The notes: generated by a model from the sequence alone, not told the origin. DNA of 64,000 nt from an uncultured Candidatus Saccharibacteria bacterium (GCA_964611205.1 CAZSZB010000004.1:12121-76120); one strand, 5' to 3'; counted from the first letter of the stretch, positions 1 to 10,945 are shown. Numbers and translations: made by a program.

Positions 1-31
1 AGGCGCCGGGCTTTCCTCATTGTGATCCTCT

Positions 32-1447
32 CTATTCTTTTTTGCTTTCCTCGGCTTCGGTTTCTGCTTCGGCAACTAATTCCTCAGCTTCTTCGGGAGT
101 ATCAATCTCATTGATTTCTTCAGTCTGGTCTTCATCTACTAAATCACGATCATCGGTATCCTGGTAAGCTTCTAATTCTAGTTCAGGTTTGGTAGTGGTA
201 GCATCTTCATTCTCTAGAACATCGATATCCTCACCGACTTCTGTGTCAGTTGCTACTTCTACCTCGTCACCATCGCTTTTTGCCACTTCCTCACCACCAA
301 CTGATACGATATCTATTTTCCAGCCGGTAAGTTTGGCAGCCAAACGAACATTCTGTCCACCTCGTCCAATAGCTAGTGATTGTTGGTCCGGAGAAACTTC
401 TACTATTGCGTGACCTCGAGTGTCATCAGGGCTATCTGGGTTTGGTACTGATTCTATTTTGACGGACAATACTTGAGCCGGTGATAGAGCATCTTCGATG
501 AAAGTTACTGGATCTTCACTCCATTCTATAATGTCGATTTTTTCTCCGCCGAGTTCACTCATAACAGTAGATACTCGCACACCACGTTGACCAACTAGAG
601 ATCCAACTGGATCAATATGTTCATCATGAGCGTAGACGGCTATTTTACTACGGGCTCCAGCTTCGCGAGCGATAGCTTTAACTTCTACCGCACCATTTTG
701 TAGCTCGGGAGCTTCAATAGTGAATAAACTTTCTAAGAAATTAGCGTGAGCGCGTGATAGTTTTAAGAAAATTCCTCGCGCAGTTTCATCGACGGTTAAT
801 AATAGACAACGAATCCTTTCTCCTGGTCGGTAACGTTCGCCGGGAATTTGTTCATCATAAGGCATAACACCGGTGACTCGGCCAAGATCTACATATAGGT
901 TTCCTCGTTCAAAGCGTTGTACATGTCCCATTAATATATCGCCTTCTTTTTGTCCAAACTCAGCTAGCGCTGATTCTTTTTCCGCTTCACGAATTTTTTG
1001 GATTATTACTTGTTTGGCAGTCTGGGCGGCAATACGGCCAAAATCATCTTTATTTTCAAGCGGGAATAACATTTCCTCGCCTAATTCCACATCCTTTTTA
1101 ATAAGTCGAGCAGAATCAATCAGAATGTGTTTCTCAGGATCGAAACGTATCAAACCATCTTCAGATTCAGTTTCTTCTGGTCGAGTTTCTCTCTCCTGTT
1201 CTTCTTCGTCCTCTTCAGTTTCTGGTCTCAACATTGACTCATCAACAACAATCTTGATTTGTTCAAAGTTGGTGCTTCCGGTTTCCATATCAAAAACTGA
1301 CCGGATAATTTGTCCACGTTTTCCGTATTCTTTCTTATAGGCAGTAGCTAGAGCTTGTTCAATAGCATCAAGCATGCGCGCACGAGGGATTCCCCGTTCG
1401 TTTTCCATTTCTTCTAGCACTGAGTTTATTACTTTTAGATCAAACAT
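32..1447 (-). CDS. nusA: Transcription termination/antitermination factor NusA, long acidic C-terminal tail
   Basis: FGRIAAQTAKQVIIQKIREAE, S1 domain, KH motifs (AREAGARSKIAV, AIGRGGQNVRLAAKLTGWKIDI). Confidence 0.97.
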   Translation of the reverse strand: MFDLKVINSVLEEMENERGIPRARMLDAIEQALATAYKKEYGKRGQIIRSVFDMETGSTNFEQIKIVVDESMLRPETEEDEEEQERETRPEETESEDGLIRFDPEKHILIDSARLIKKDVELGEEMLFPLENKDDFGRIAAQTAKQVIIQKIREAEKESALAEFGQKEGDILMGHVQRFERGNLYVDLGRVTGVMPYDEQIPGERYRPGERIRCLLLTVDETARGIFLKLSRAHANFLESLFTIEAPELQNGAVEVKAIAREAGARSKIAVYAHDEHIDPVGSLVGQRGVRVSTVMSELGGEKIDIIEWSEDPVTFIEDALSPAQVLSVKIESVPNPDSPDDTRGHAIVEVSPDQQSLAIGRGGQNVRLAAKLTGWKIDIVSVGGEEVAKSDGDEVEVATDTEVGEDIDVLENEDATTTKPELELEAYQDTDDRDLVDEDQTEEINEIDTPEEAEELVAEAETEAEESKKE

Positions 1448-1661
1448 ATGAATTTTGTTTACTTTAATATGTAGAGGTATGCCTCTTGGTTGTAATGTTC
1501 AGAATTGAATGGAGCGCACCCAAGGGGTGCGCTCCAAAACTGAATAAAGCTACTCTACCGTAGTCAATTTTAATTGTCAAAGTGTGCATTGAGATACCCT
1601 ATAATTTCTGTAGGGTACGGTATAATTATCTTTATAATAACTGGGAAGTTTGATCTTTTTT

Positions 1662-3407
1662 ATGCGTATACAAGATGAACAATTAAAGCGCTTTATCACC
1701 GATGCAGGTCTGGTGTCTAAGGCTGATATAAAAAAAGCTGAACAAGTTGCTAAAGAAGAGAAACGTACCTTAGCTGAAGCTTTGATGGCTGCTGGAATGA
1801 TGAGCGAAGATGATTTACGTCGCGTGGAGTCGTATGTTCTGGGTATTCCTTTTGTTTCCCTTAAAGACACAAAGATTGATTTTTCTATACTATCCCTAAT
1901 TCCCGAACCAGTTGCTCGAAACCACAACATTATCGCTTATAAACAAAATGAAAACTCCCTTGAGGTAGCGATGCTTGATACAGCCGATTTGCCAGCCATA
2001 GATTTTATTAAGAAAAAAGTTGGTTTAAAGATTTTGCCACGCTTAACAGATGAGGGATCTATGCGCGATGCTCTGCGGCAGTACCAAAAAACTCTTAAAG
2101 CTGAATTTGGTGATATTATCGCTAAAGAATCTTCTGCTCTAAAGATTATTTCCGAAGATAGTGAAGGAGCTAGTGAAGCTGATTTAAAAAAACTGGCTGA
2201 AGATTTACCAGTTGTGAGAATCGTCGATACTTTACTCAGACACGCTATTATCCAAGGAGCCTCTGATATTCATATTGAACCGATGGAGACAGAACTACTG
2301 ATTCGTTACCGGATTGATGGAGTGTTGCGTGACGCTATGACTCTGCCTAAACATGCTGCTGCAACTATTGCTGCTCGAATTAAAGTTTTAGCTAATCTAA
2401 AATTAGACGAAAAACGTTTACCACAAGATGGTCGTTTTAAAATGGAAATGGATGGGCAGAAAGTATCTTTTCGAGTTTCGGCACTACCAATTTTCTTTGG
2501 TGAAAAAATTGTAATGCGTTTATTGCGAGAGAATCGGTCGGGCTTTAGTTTAGAGGGAGTCGGTTTCCACGGTTCGACTTTGGAAAGGGTGCAAGATGCC
2601 ACACGTCAGACTACTGGGATTATTTTAGTGACTGGTCCAACTGGCTCAGGAAAATCAACTACTCTTTATTCTGTCCTTGATTTACTCAATACACCAGAGG
2701 TAAATATCTCTACCATTGAAGATCCGGTCGAGTATCAGATGCCTCGGGTCAATCAGACGCAAGTAAAACCAGATATCGGATTTACTTTTGCGAAAGGTTT
2801 ACGTTCTCTAATGCGTCAAGATCCTGACATAATTATGGTAGGAGAAATTCGTGATCAAGAAACAGCCAGCCTAGCTATCAATGCTGCTTTGACTGGTCAC
2901 TTAGTATTGGCTACGGTACATACCAACTCTTCGTCAGCCACAGTGGCTCGTTTGCTTGATATGGGGGTAGAGAAGTTTTTGTTAGTTTCAACCCTGCGGG
3001 TAGCGGTAGGACAGCGTCTAGTTAGACGATTAAGTGACAATAGTAATTCTTATATTTTATCTGTTAAAGAGCGTGAGGCTTTAGCTAAACACGCCGATCT
3101 TGATTTAGTATTAGATACTTTGAAAGAAGAGGGGGTGGTTAAAAGTTCGGCTACTTGGAACAGTATTCCTTTTTATTACCCGTCTGAAAAAGAGGGTGGT
3201 GATGGTTATAGTGGTCGAGTAGGAATTCATGAGGTATTAGCTATGTCGCCTACCATAAAGGATTTGGTTATGGCTGATGCTACAGCTGACGATATTGAAA
3301 AACAGGCCCGTAAAGAAGGAATGCTAACTATGCTTGAAGATGGAATTTATAAAGCTGCCCGCGGCGTCACTTCAATTGAAGAGGTATTGCGTGTAATAAG
3401 CGAATAG
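1662..3407 (+). CDS. pilB: Type IV pilus/T2SS assembly ATPase (PilB/GspE family)
   Basis: ASDIHIEP, RLPQDGR, Walker A GPTGSGKST, TIEDPVEY, MRQDPDIIMVGEIRD, TGHLV; ATG at 1662 preferred to TTG 1650. Confidence 0.93.
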   Translation: MRIQDEQLKRFITDAGLVSKADIKKAEQVAKEEKRTLAEALMAAGMMSEDDLRRVESYVLGIPFVSLKDTKIDFSILSLIPEPVARNHNIIAYKQNENSLEVAMLDTADLPAIDFIKKKVGLKILPRLTDEGSMRDALRQYQKTLKAEFGDIIAKESSALKIISEDSEGASEADLKKLAEDLPVVRIVDTLLRHAIIQGASDIHIEPMETELLIRYRIDGVLRDAMTLPKHAAATIAARIKVLANLKLDEKRLPQDGRFKMEMDGQKVSFRVSALPIFFGEKIVMRLLRENRSGFSLEGVGFHGSTLERVQDATRQTTGIILVTGPTGSGKSTTLYSVLDLLNTPEVNISTIEDPVEYQMPRVNQTQVKPDIGFTFAKGLRSLMRQDPDIIMVGEIRDQETASLAINAALTGHLVLATVHTNSSSATVARLLDMGVEKFLLVSTLRVAVGQRLVRRLSDNSNSYILSVKEREALAKHADLDLVLDTLKEEGVVKSSATWNSIPFYYPSEKEGGDGYSGRVGIHEVLAMSPTIKDLVMADATADDIEKQARKEGMLTMLEDGIYKAARGVTSIEEVLRVISE

Positions 3408-3419
3408 CTTTAATATTTT

Positions 3420-4643
3420 ATGAAATTTACATACAAGGGAAAAGATTCTAGTGGACAATCAGTTACTGAAACTGTTGAAGCCAAAGATCGTTTTGCCGTT
3501 TATGAGATAGCCAGAGAAAATGGTCATACAGTTGAAAGTGTTCATGGGGAGCGTAAATTTTCATTGTTTGGATTTCTAAATATAGAAGCTATCAATTACC
3601 ACCTGAGTCGAGTTAAAGATGACGAGTTGGTTATGATGACCAGAAACCTAGGTTCTATGTTGGTGGCTGGACTAGCTCTTTCAAGAGCTCTGTCGGTAAT
3701 CGAAAGACAGTCCAAAAACCCTAAATTAAAAGGAGTCATTAAAGATATTGAAAGTCAGATTAATAAAGGAGAAACTTTCAATACTGCTTTGGCTAAGTAT
3801 CCAAAAATATTTAGCGATCTGTATATTGCTATGGTCAGAGCAGGTGAAGAAGGAGGAAAATTATCCGAAGCCCTACACACATTAAGTGTGCAGATGGAAC
3901 AGTCTTCCGCTTTGAAGAAGAAAATTAAAGGCGCAATGATTTATCCCATTATTGTTATTGTAATTTTGGTTATCATTGGCGCCTTAATGATGATTTATGT
4001 GATGCCTTCTATCACTGGCACCTTCAAATCTTTGAATACTGAATTACCAGGCACTACTAAATTACTTATTGGGGCTAGTGATTTTATGGTTGCTCATACT
4101 GTGTCAGTGGTTATAGGAATGTTCGGATTGGTTTTTGGGTTTGTATACTTCCTTAGAACTAAGTGGGGAAAGATTACTAGTTCTTGGATAATTCCGAAAT
4201 TGCCAGTGATTGGTTATATGGCTAAAGAGGTAAATTCGGCTCGAACAGCTCGCACCTTATCGTCCTTACTTAGTTCTGGAGTAGATGTGATCCAGGCTCT
4301 TAATATTACAAAAGATGTTTTACAAAATGTTTTCTATAAAGAAATTGTGGCTGAGGCCGCTTTGCGAGTTGAGAAAGGTTTACCTTTATCTGAGGTTTTT
4401 ACAGAGCGAGATGATTTATATCCAATATTAGTAGGAGAGATGATTATGGTTGGAGAGGAGACTGGTAATATTTCTCAAATGCTAGAGCAGATGGCTATCT
4501 TTTATGAAACTGAGGTCGAGCAAAAAACAAAAGATCTCTCCACCATCATTGAACCTCTCCTAATGGTTTTTATCGGTGCCTCAGTCGGATTTTTTGCTCT
4601 AGCGATGATCGCTCCAATTTATTCTCTGTCGGATAGTATTTAA
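3420..4643 (+). CDS. pilC: Type IV pilus inner-membrane platform protein (PilC/GspF family)
   Basis: Two T2SSF repeats (AGEEGGKL, GEETGNI), AMIYP, IEPLL, three TM segments; directly after pilB. Confidence 0.93.
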   Translation: MKFTYKGKDSSGQSVTETVEAKDRFAVYEIARENGHTVESVHGERKFSLFGFLNIEAINYHLSRVKDDELVMMTRNLGSMLVAGLALSRALSVIERQSKNPKLKGVIKDIESQINKGETFNTALAKYPKIFSDLYIAMVRAGEEGGKLSEALHTLSVQMEQSSALKKKIKGAMIYPIIVIVILVIIGALMMIYVMPSITGTFKSLNTELPGTTKLLIGASDFMVAHTVSVVIGMFGLVFGFVYFLRTKWGKITSSWIIPKLPVIGYMAKEVNSARTARTLSSLLSSGVDVIQALNITKDVLQNVFYKEIVAEAALRVEKGLPLSEVFTERDDLYPILVGEMIMVGEETGNISQMLEQMAIFYETEVEQKTKDLSTIIEPLLMVFIGASVGFFALAMIAPIYSLSDSI

Positions 4644-4647
4644 AAAT

Positions 4648-6405
4648 ATGCATTTTAAAATACCAACTTTATCTAAAACACAAAGGGGTTTTAGTTTGGT
4701 TGAGGTTATAGTAGCCGCCTCCTTACTGGTGATTATTTTTGGAGGTCTGTTTTTAGGGTTTAAATATATGATTGAGTTGGTTAGTACAACTAAAGTTCAG
4801 TCTGGAGCTTTAGCGGTGGCAACTGACGAGATGGAATATTTACGATCTTTGTCTTATAACGAACTGGGTACTGTTGGCGGTGTACCAGCTGGAAATATTC
4901 CGCAAAATAGTACTACTACCTTAAATGGCATTGTCTATACACAGGAAATTCTTATTCAGTATGTAGATGATCCGGCTGATGGTTTAGAAGGGGCTGATGA
5001 AAATTCCATTACTACAGACTATAAGCAAGTAAAAGTGAAGGCGTCTTGGGATATTAAGGGTGTACCAGGATTTATTTCGTTGGTTTCCAATATTATTCCG
5101 GCTGGCATGGAAACAACCGTCGGCGGAGGAACAATTAAAGTAAATGTATTTGATTCTAAAGTCAGTCCTTTATCTGGTATACCAGTACGTTTCGTAAATA
5201 ATACTTCGTCAACTACTATCGATACCGTTCGCTATACTAATTCAAGCGGTGTAGCTTATCTTTCGGGTGCACCAGCGGCTGCTGATTACCAAATTTTTGT
5301 AAGTGACACAGGTTATTCTACTGACAGTACATACTTAGCGACGACAGCAAACCCAAATCCTAACACTCCACCAGTTGCGGTTTTAGAAAATCAGGTCTCG
5401 ACGATGAATTTTCAGATAGATAAGTTAAGTGATTTAACAATAACCACCGTAGCTCCTAGTACCGACGAAACTTTCTCTGATAATTTTGCAGACGTATCAA
5501 AATTATCTTCACTGTCTAACACGGTGGTTAGTAGCGGTAGCTTGATGCTCGCTGGTGGTCCTGGAGCTTACGCTGTTAATGGGTTGGCTGTCAGTAATCC
5601 GGTTGCCCCCGGCACGATAAAGGAATGGCAGGCAGTTGAATTTTCTGCCACTACCAGCTCTGCAACTGGGATAAAAATTTACATAATGTCTGACCATGGA
5701 GCTGGCTTAACTCTAGTATCAGACACTGATTTGCCTGGCAATAGTTCTGGCTTTTCTAATTCACCGATTGATTTGTCTAGTTTATCAGTAACTTCTTATC
5801 CCAATTTATCTTTACAAGCTGAACTTTCTTCAAGTGATGTTAATGATACCCCTTCTATAAATGATTGGTCTTTATCATATATTAAATCCCAGTCACCAAT
5901 AGCTGGAGTTGCGGTCTCTGTTTTAGGTAATAAGACTATCGGTACAAATGAAGGGGTTCCAGTTTTAAAACATGAATACTCTGGCTCTACTAATGCCTCA
6001 GGACAAATTAATTTGTCAGATATTGAGTATGACAGATATGCCATTGTGATTAATGGGAGTAGCTATGATGTAAGTGAGGCCTGTCCGCTCGTACCATATT
6101 CTCTTAGTCCAGACACTACCGGATCTATAAAGATGACGTTGGTACCGAAGCAGAACAATAGTTTGCGAGTGAGTGTTGTCGATTCTGCCGGTCAACCTAT
6201 ACCAAATGCAGATGTTCATCTTAAGAACACGGGCATCGATGAGTTAGAATCGTCCTCCTTGTGTGGTCAAGTTTATTTTGGTAATAGCTTGTATGAATCT
6301 AGTGATTACACACTGTCGGTGGGGGCTAATGGCTATTTGTCAGAAAATTTGATCGGCCTATCAATCAGCAGCTCTTCTAATATAAGTGTTATTCTAAGTC
6401 AGTAA
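4648..6405 (+). CDS. Large prepilin-like protein (minor pilin) with beta-rich C-terminal domains
   Basis: Class III signal QRG|FSLVEVIV, hydrophobic helix, Ser/Thr-rich beta-sandwich-like repeats (LRVSVVDSAGQPIPNADV). Confidence 0.85.
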   Translation: MHFKIPTLSKTQRGFSLVEVIVAASLLVIIFGGLFLGFKYMIELVSTTKVQSGALAVATDEMEYLRSLSYNELGTVGGVPAGNIPQNSTTTLNGIVYTQEILIQYVDDPADGLEGADENSITTDYKQVKVKASWDIKGVPGFISLVSNIIPAGMETTVGGGTIKVNVFDSKVSPLSGIPVRFVNNTSSTTIDTVRYTNSSGVAYLSGAPAAADYQIFVSDTGYSTDSTYLATTANPNPNTPPVAVLENQVSTMNFQIDKLSDLTITTVAPSTDETFSDNFADVSKLSSLSNTVVSSGSLMLAGGPGAYAVNGLAVSNPVAPGTIKEWQAVEFSATTSSATGIKIYIMSDHGAGLTLVSDTDLPGNSSGFSNSPIDLSSLSVTSYPNLSLQAELSSSDVNDTPSINDWSLSYIKSQSPIAGVAVSVLGNKTIGTNEGVPVLKHEYSGSTNASGQINLSDIEYDRYAIVINGSSYDVSEACPLVPYSLSPDTTGSIKMTLVPKQNNSLRVSVVDSAGQPIPNADVHLKNTGIDELESSSLCGQVYFGNSLYESSDYTLSVGANGYLSENLIGLSISSSSNISVILSQ

Positions 6406-6406
6406 A

Positions 6407-7039
6407 GTGATTATGACTGGTTTATTTAAAATGAAAAGAGTAAGGAAGCGGGGAATGACTTTGGTTGAAGTCATGGTTTCAGTCTCATTATTCACAATAA
6501 TAATGCTAGCGGTTACCAGTAGCATTGCCGCCTTGTATAAATACAATTCTTATACTATTTCACAAACGTACCAGGTTTATCACGCTAGAAGGGGAGTAGA
6601 ATCTTTGGTGCGTGATGTGCGAGAAATGACTTTTGCTGACGACGGTTCTTTTCCTTTAGCACGGATGGAGAATAATATTATAGGTTTTTATAGTGATATA
6701 GATCGCGATGATAGTGTTGAGTATGTAGAGTATGAGTTAGCGACTACAACTATTTTGTATAAAAGAGTTTACAACGCTACCGGAACGCCAGTCACTTACA
6801 ATTTAACAGAGCCAGATGAAATTCATGTTTTATCAGAGTATGTCCAAAATATGCTTCAGGGGACATCCACTTTCTTTTATTATGATAGGTCTGGTAATCT
6901 GGCAAATAGTTCTACTCGAGTAACTGATATTGGTTTTATCAGAGTACAGGCAATAGTGAACATTGATGCCGTTAAAAACCCTGGTCAATTTATGCTTCGT
7001 GGTAGTGCTGCTTTACGTAATATAATTAATAACTCATGA
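6407..7039 (+). CDS. Prepilin-like minor pilin (PilW/PulJ-like)
   Basis: KRG|MTLVEVMV prepilin motif; located in the pil operon. Confidence 0.85.
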   Translation: MIMTGLFKMKRVRKRGMTLVEVMVSVSLFTIIMLAVTSSIAALYKYNSYTISQTYQVYHARRGVESLVRDVREMTFADDGSFPLARMENNIIGFYSDIDRDDSVEYVEYELATTTILYKRVYNATGTPVTYNLTEPDEIHVLSEYVQNMLQGTSTFFYYDRSGNLANSSTRVTDIGFIRVQAIVNIDAVKNPGQFMLRGSAALRNIINNS

Positions 7040-8451
7040 GAATTAGTCATCACAACAAGGGCGCTCTTTTGATACTAGTCCTTATATTTGGAGCTATTTT
7101 TCTTACTCTGATAGTTGGTTTTATGAGAGTTGTATTAATTCAAGTAACAGTACAGAAGGAAATGACTCACTCTGCTCAAGCTAGAGAAATAGCTGAAGCT
7201 GGTCTTGATTATTACAAGTGGCGTTTAGCTCATTATCCAGACGATTTACAAAATGGAACGAATGCACCCGGTCCTTATGTGATGGTTTATGAAGATCCTG
7301 AATTAGGTCCGGTCGGTGAATTCTCCTTGGAATTTGCTAGCACTACTTATTGTGGAGATGTGAGTTCTATTGAAATTACCTCCACCGGACATACTTATGG
7401 TAATCCGGATGTGAAGCGTACAGTCTACGGTCGCTACGCCCGACCGACGGTGGCAGAGTACGCTTATATTATAAATTCCAACGTTTGGGCTGGAGATGAC
7501 CGAACGATTATTGGACCATATCACTCAAATGGTGGAATAAGAATGGACGGAGTTAATAATTCTATAGTGACATCTGGCCAGGAGACTTGGAAGTGTGATA
7601 GCAATTATGGCTGTAGCCCGACAAAACATAACGCTAATGGAGTGATTGGGGACGGACCGAATCATGATCTATGGTCTTTTCCTAGCACCCCAATTAACTT
7701 TACTGGTTTGACAGTTGATCTGGCAAATATGCAAGATAAAGCCAAGAATGGCGGCGGCGTTTATATTCCTCCGTCAGGTAAGCAGGGTTATAAAATAGTT
7801 TTGAAATCTAACGGCACTTTTGATTTATACGTAGTAAATAAAAAAGATAATGAACCACAAGGTAACGCTTGGGGGTATCGGCTAAATAAGATTAAAAATG
7901 CAAAATATGAAGGAAACTACAACATTTCAGCTTCTTGCCCATTAGTTTTCGTTGAAGATATGGTTTGGTTGGAAGGGGAAGTCTCTGGCTTGGTTACCAT
8001 CGCTGCCGCTGACGTTGATACAGTAGGATCTGACCCCTCCATGATATTAAATAACAACATAACTTATAGTTCTGATGAAGCTGGTCTATTAGCAATAGCG
8101 GAATACGATATGTTGGTGGGATTTGATGTTCCTAATAATATGGAACTCGAAGGTATCTTTGTCGCTCAAAATGGTCACTTTGGTCGTAATTTTTATAATG
8201 CCAATGATTTACCATCTGCATGGGATCAATATGTTAAACGTAATTCCTTAACCATTAATGGCACCATAGTCTCTAATGGCAGCGTTGGAACAAAATGGAT
8301 TTGCTACGCTTGGTGGCTCGGTGAACACTATTGTTCTGGTTTTGAAACTAGATTCAATTCGTACGATCGTAATCTAGTAGATAATCCACCGCCACTGGCA
8401 CCTCGTACTTCAGATGATTTTAAATTTGTTGAATGGCTAGAGGTGGAGTAG
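7036..8451 (+). CDS. PilX-like minor pilin with large C-terminal domain
   Basis: NKG|ALLILVLIF lacking Glu5, followed by AREIAEAGLDY, typical of PilX N-termini; ATGA overlap with the upstream gene. Confidence 0.78.
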   Translation: MRISHHNKGALLILVLIFGAIFLTLIVGFMRVVLIQVTVQKEMTHSAQAREIAEAGLDYYKWRLAHYPDDLQNGTNAPGPYVMVYEDPELGPVGEFSLEFASTTYCGDVSSIEITSTGHTYGNPDVKRTVYGRYARPTVAEYAYIINSNVWAGDDRTIIGPYHSNGGIRMDGVNNSIVTSGQETWKCDSNYGCSPTKHNANGVIGDGPNHDLWSFPSTPINFTGLTVDLANMQDKAKNGGGVYIPPSGKQGYKIVLKSNGTFDLYVVNKKDNEPQGNAWGYRLNKIKNAKYEGNYNISASCPLVFVEDMVWLEGEVSGLVTIAAADVDTVGSDPSMILNNNITYSSDEAGLLAIAEYDMLVGFDVPNNMELEGIFVAQNGHFGRNFYNANDLPSAWDQYVKRNSLTINGTIVSNGSVGTKWICYAWWLGEHYCSGFETRFNSYDRNLVDNPPPLAPRTSDDFKFVEWLEVE

Positions 8452-8474
8452 GTCACGATTATGCTTTAGTGGTA

Positions 8475-8511
8475 AGAAAAGAAGGGTGGCCTTTGGCCGC
8501 CCTTCTTTTCT
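8475..8511 (+). terminator. Intrinsic terminator after the pil operon
   Basis: agaaaagaagggtggcc-ttt-ggccgcccttcttttct hairpin. Confidence 0.7.
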
Positions 8512-8546
8512 GCATGTTACAATTATTACATTAAGAATACTGAACT

Positions 8547-9335
8547 ATGAATAAAAAACGACACACACCACTGATAATCGGTAATTGGAAATTAAATCCA
8601 ACTACTGTAGGAGAAGCCAAGCAGTTGTTTTTAAGTATAAGAAGGCAGTTAGGGAGAAGAAAAAGTGATACTCATGTATCGATAGCCCCCCCGTTTCCAT
8701 TCCTGTCTGAACTTGAGAAATTGTCCCCTTCACAGAATATTAAATTGTCAGCCCAGGATGTTTTTTTTGAAAATGCGGGAGCCCACACTGGTTTAGTGTC
8801 TTTACCTATGCTCCAAAGCGTGGGTGTCAGTTCAGTGATTGTTGGACATTCAGAATTAAGGACCAAAGGAGAGTCCGATGAAGACATTCATGAGAAGGTA
8901 AAGATTGTTTGCAAGGGTGGAAGTACCGCTATTCTTTGTGTCGGGGAAAAAGTCCGAGATCAACAGGGTGATTATTTTGGTGTTATTGAAAAACAAGTAC
9001 ACTCTGCTATCAAAGATTTACCAAAATCTAAATTAAATCAACTAGTTATTGCTTACGAACCTGTCTGGGCAATAGGAACTGGTAAGAATGCCACCCCAGA
9101 AGATGTACACGAAATGAAGTTATTTATCCAAAAAGTTTTAGTCAACATATTTGGCCGAACTGTAGTTAATAAAGTACGAATTATTTATGGTGGCTCAGTT
9201 AATGAAAGTAATGCGACTGCTTTATTAGAACAAGGCGAAGTAGATGGGTTTTTAATAGGTGGTGTTAGTTTAAAACCGACGGAATTCACTAATATAGTAC
9301 GTTTAGCAGAAAGTTATGAAAAAACTGCCGTTTAA
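8547..9335 (+). CDS. tpiA: Triosephosphate isomerase
   Basis: GNWKLN, VGHSE, AYEPVWAIGTG, YGGSV. Confidence 0.96.
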   Translation: MNKKRHTPLIIGNWKLNPTTVGEAKQLFLSIRRQLGRRKSDTHVSIAPPFPFLSELEKLSPSQNIKLSAQDVFFENAGAHTGLVSLPMLQSVGVSSVIVGHSELRTKGESDEDIHEKVKIVCKGGSTAILCVGEKVRDQQGDYFGVIEKQVHSAIKDLPKSKLNQLVIAYEPVWAIGTGKNATPEDVHEMKLFIQKVLVNIFGRTVVNKVRIIYGGSVNESNATALLEQGEVDGFLIGGVSLKPTEFTNIVRLAESYEKTAV

Positions 9336-10458
9336 AAGTATTACAGAGTGTCAGCAACTAAAAGGAAAATACGTATTACTACGGGCTTCTACAAATGTAC
9401 CTATAAAAAATGGAGAGGTGAGTAACCAGTTTAGATTAGTTCGAGGTTTAGCAACCGTACGTTATTTAGTTTCAGAAGGGGCTAAAGTAATTATTGTTGG
9501 TCATGTCGGTAGTGACGGATCAATAAGTATTAAACCAGTTGCTGATATTTTTGCTCAACATATCAAGTCTTCATTTGTTCCGGCCATAACTGGAGCGGTA
9601 GTAAAAAATACTAGAGACAAAATGCAAGATGGTGATGTTATTTTTTTAGAAAATATTCGACGTGATCCTAGAGAAAAGGAGAATGATTCTGATTTCGCTC
9701 GCGAATTAGCTGACCTGGCAGACATTTATGTTAATGATGCTTTTGCTGCTTCACATCGAGTTCATACATCTTTGGTTGGTGTACCACTTTTGCTTCCCTC
9801 CTATGTGGGTTTGAATTTTGTTCACGAATACGAAGAGCTGACAAAGGCTAGACACCCCAAATCACCATCCCTATTTATGCTCGGTGGTGCCAAGTTTGGT
9901 ACCAAATTACCTTTAGTCGAAAAGTTCCTCGACATTTATGATTGCGTTTTTATTGGAGGAGCTTTAGCAAATGATTTTTTCAAAGCTAAGGGTTATGAAG
10001 TTGGTAGATCGATGGTATCAGAAGTAGATTTGTCTGATAGTCCATTACTTAATAATGATCGTGTTTTAGTACCAGTAGATGTGACTGTTCAAAATGGCGT
10101 CGGTGAAACCAGAGTGTGTGCACCAAATGAATTGAAAGTCGATGAAATTATTTATGATATGGGGCCAGCAACGGTTACTCTATTAAAACTAATGATTGAG
10201 AAGGCAGCCACGGTTTTGTGGAATGGTCCATTTGGTGATTATGAAAAAGGCTTTGATCAATACACAAAAGAAGTTGCTAGTTTGGTAGCGCTAGCAAAAT
10301 GCTACTCAGTGGTTGGGGGAGGAGATACAGTAGCTTCTATAGAAACCTTAGGCTTACAAGATAAATTTAATTTCATGTCGACGGCTGGCGGAGCCATGCT
10401 TACCTTTTTAGAAACAGGCACCTTACCTGCTATAGAAGCTTTGAAAAATAAAGATTGA
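9316..10458 (+). CDS. pgk: Phosphoglycerate kinase
   Basis: YVNDAFAASHR, LGGAK, WNGPFG, VGGGDT, STAGGAML. Confidence 0.96.
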   Translation: MKKLPFKSITECQQLKGKYVLLRASTNVPIKNGEVSNQFRLVRGLATVRYLVSEGAKVIIVGHVGSDGSISIKPVADIFAQHIKSSFVPAITGAVVKNTRDKMQDGDVIFLENIRRDPREKENDSDFARELADLADIYVNDAFAASHRVHTSLVGVPLLLPSYVGLNFVHEYEELTKARHPKSPSLFMLGGAKFGTKLPLVEKFLDIYDCVFIGGALANDFFKAKGYEVGRSMVSEVDLSDSPLLNNDRVLVPVDVTVQNGVGETRVCAPNELKVDEIIYDMGPATVTLLKLMIEKAATVLWNGPFGDYEKGFDQYTKEVASLVALAKCYSVVGGGDTVASIETLGLQDKFNFMSTAGGAMLTFLETGTLPAIEALKNKD

Positions 10459-10480
10459 CGATAAAAACGGAGCTTTTTAA

Positions 10481-10888
10481 TTAGTCCTCCATAGCTGCTT
10501 GAATTTGGGTAGCTATGATAGCAAGATCGGCATCGCTTGCTTCTTTACCCTCGCTCATTACAAGGCCGAGGGCTTTATCTTTGTTGGGTAGTGGATAGAT
10601 TTTAATATGAACATGGGGTATGTCAAAACCTTCTACTACTAGACAGGTGCGAAACGGGTTGAGCGCTTTGTCGGTAGCCTGACCAACTTTCTTAGCAATA
10701 GAGAATAAATGTAAATAAGTCTCATTATCTAAATCAAAAGCATAGTCAATTTCCTTTTTTGGAATAACCAGGGACTGTCCTTTAACGGCTGGAAATTTAT
10801 CAAGAATAACAATACAAATTTCGTCTTCGTATAGGAAGTGAGCAGGGATTTCACGGTTTATGATTTTTGTAAAAATAGATTCTGACAT
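10481..10888 (-). CDS. HIT family protein
   Basis: SIFTKIINREIP N-terminus; variant triad PHVHIK. Confidence 0.88.
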   Translation of the reverse strand: MSESIFTKIINREIPAHFLYEDEICIVILDKFPAVKGQSLVIPKKEIDYAFDLDNETYLHLFSIAKKVGQATDKALNPFRTCLVVEGFDIPHVHIKIYPLPNKDKALGLVMSEGKEASDADLAIIATQIQAAMED

Positions 10889-10945
10889 AACTGAATAGAT
10901 ATAAAAATAATGTCTGTTACGGAGGTAATGGTATCATAGACCAGT

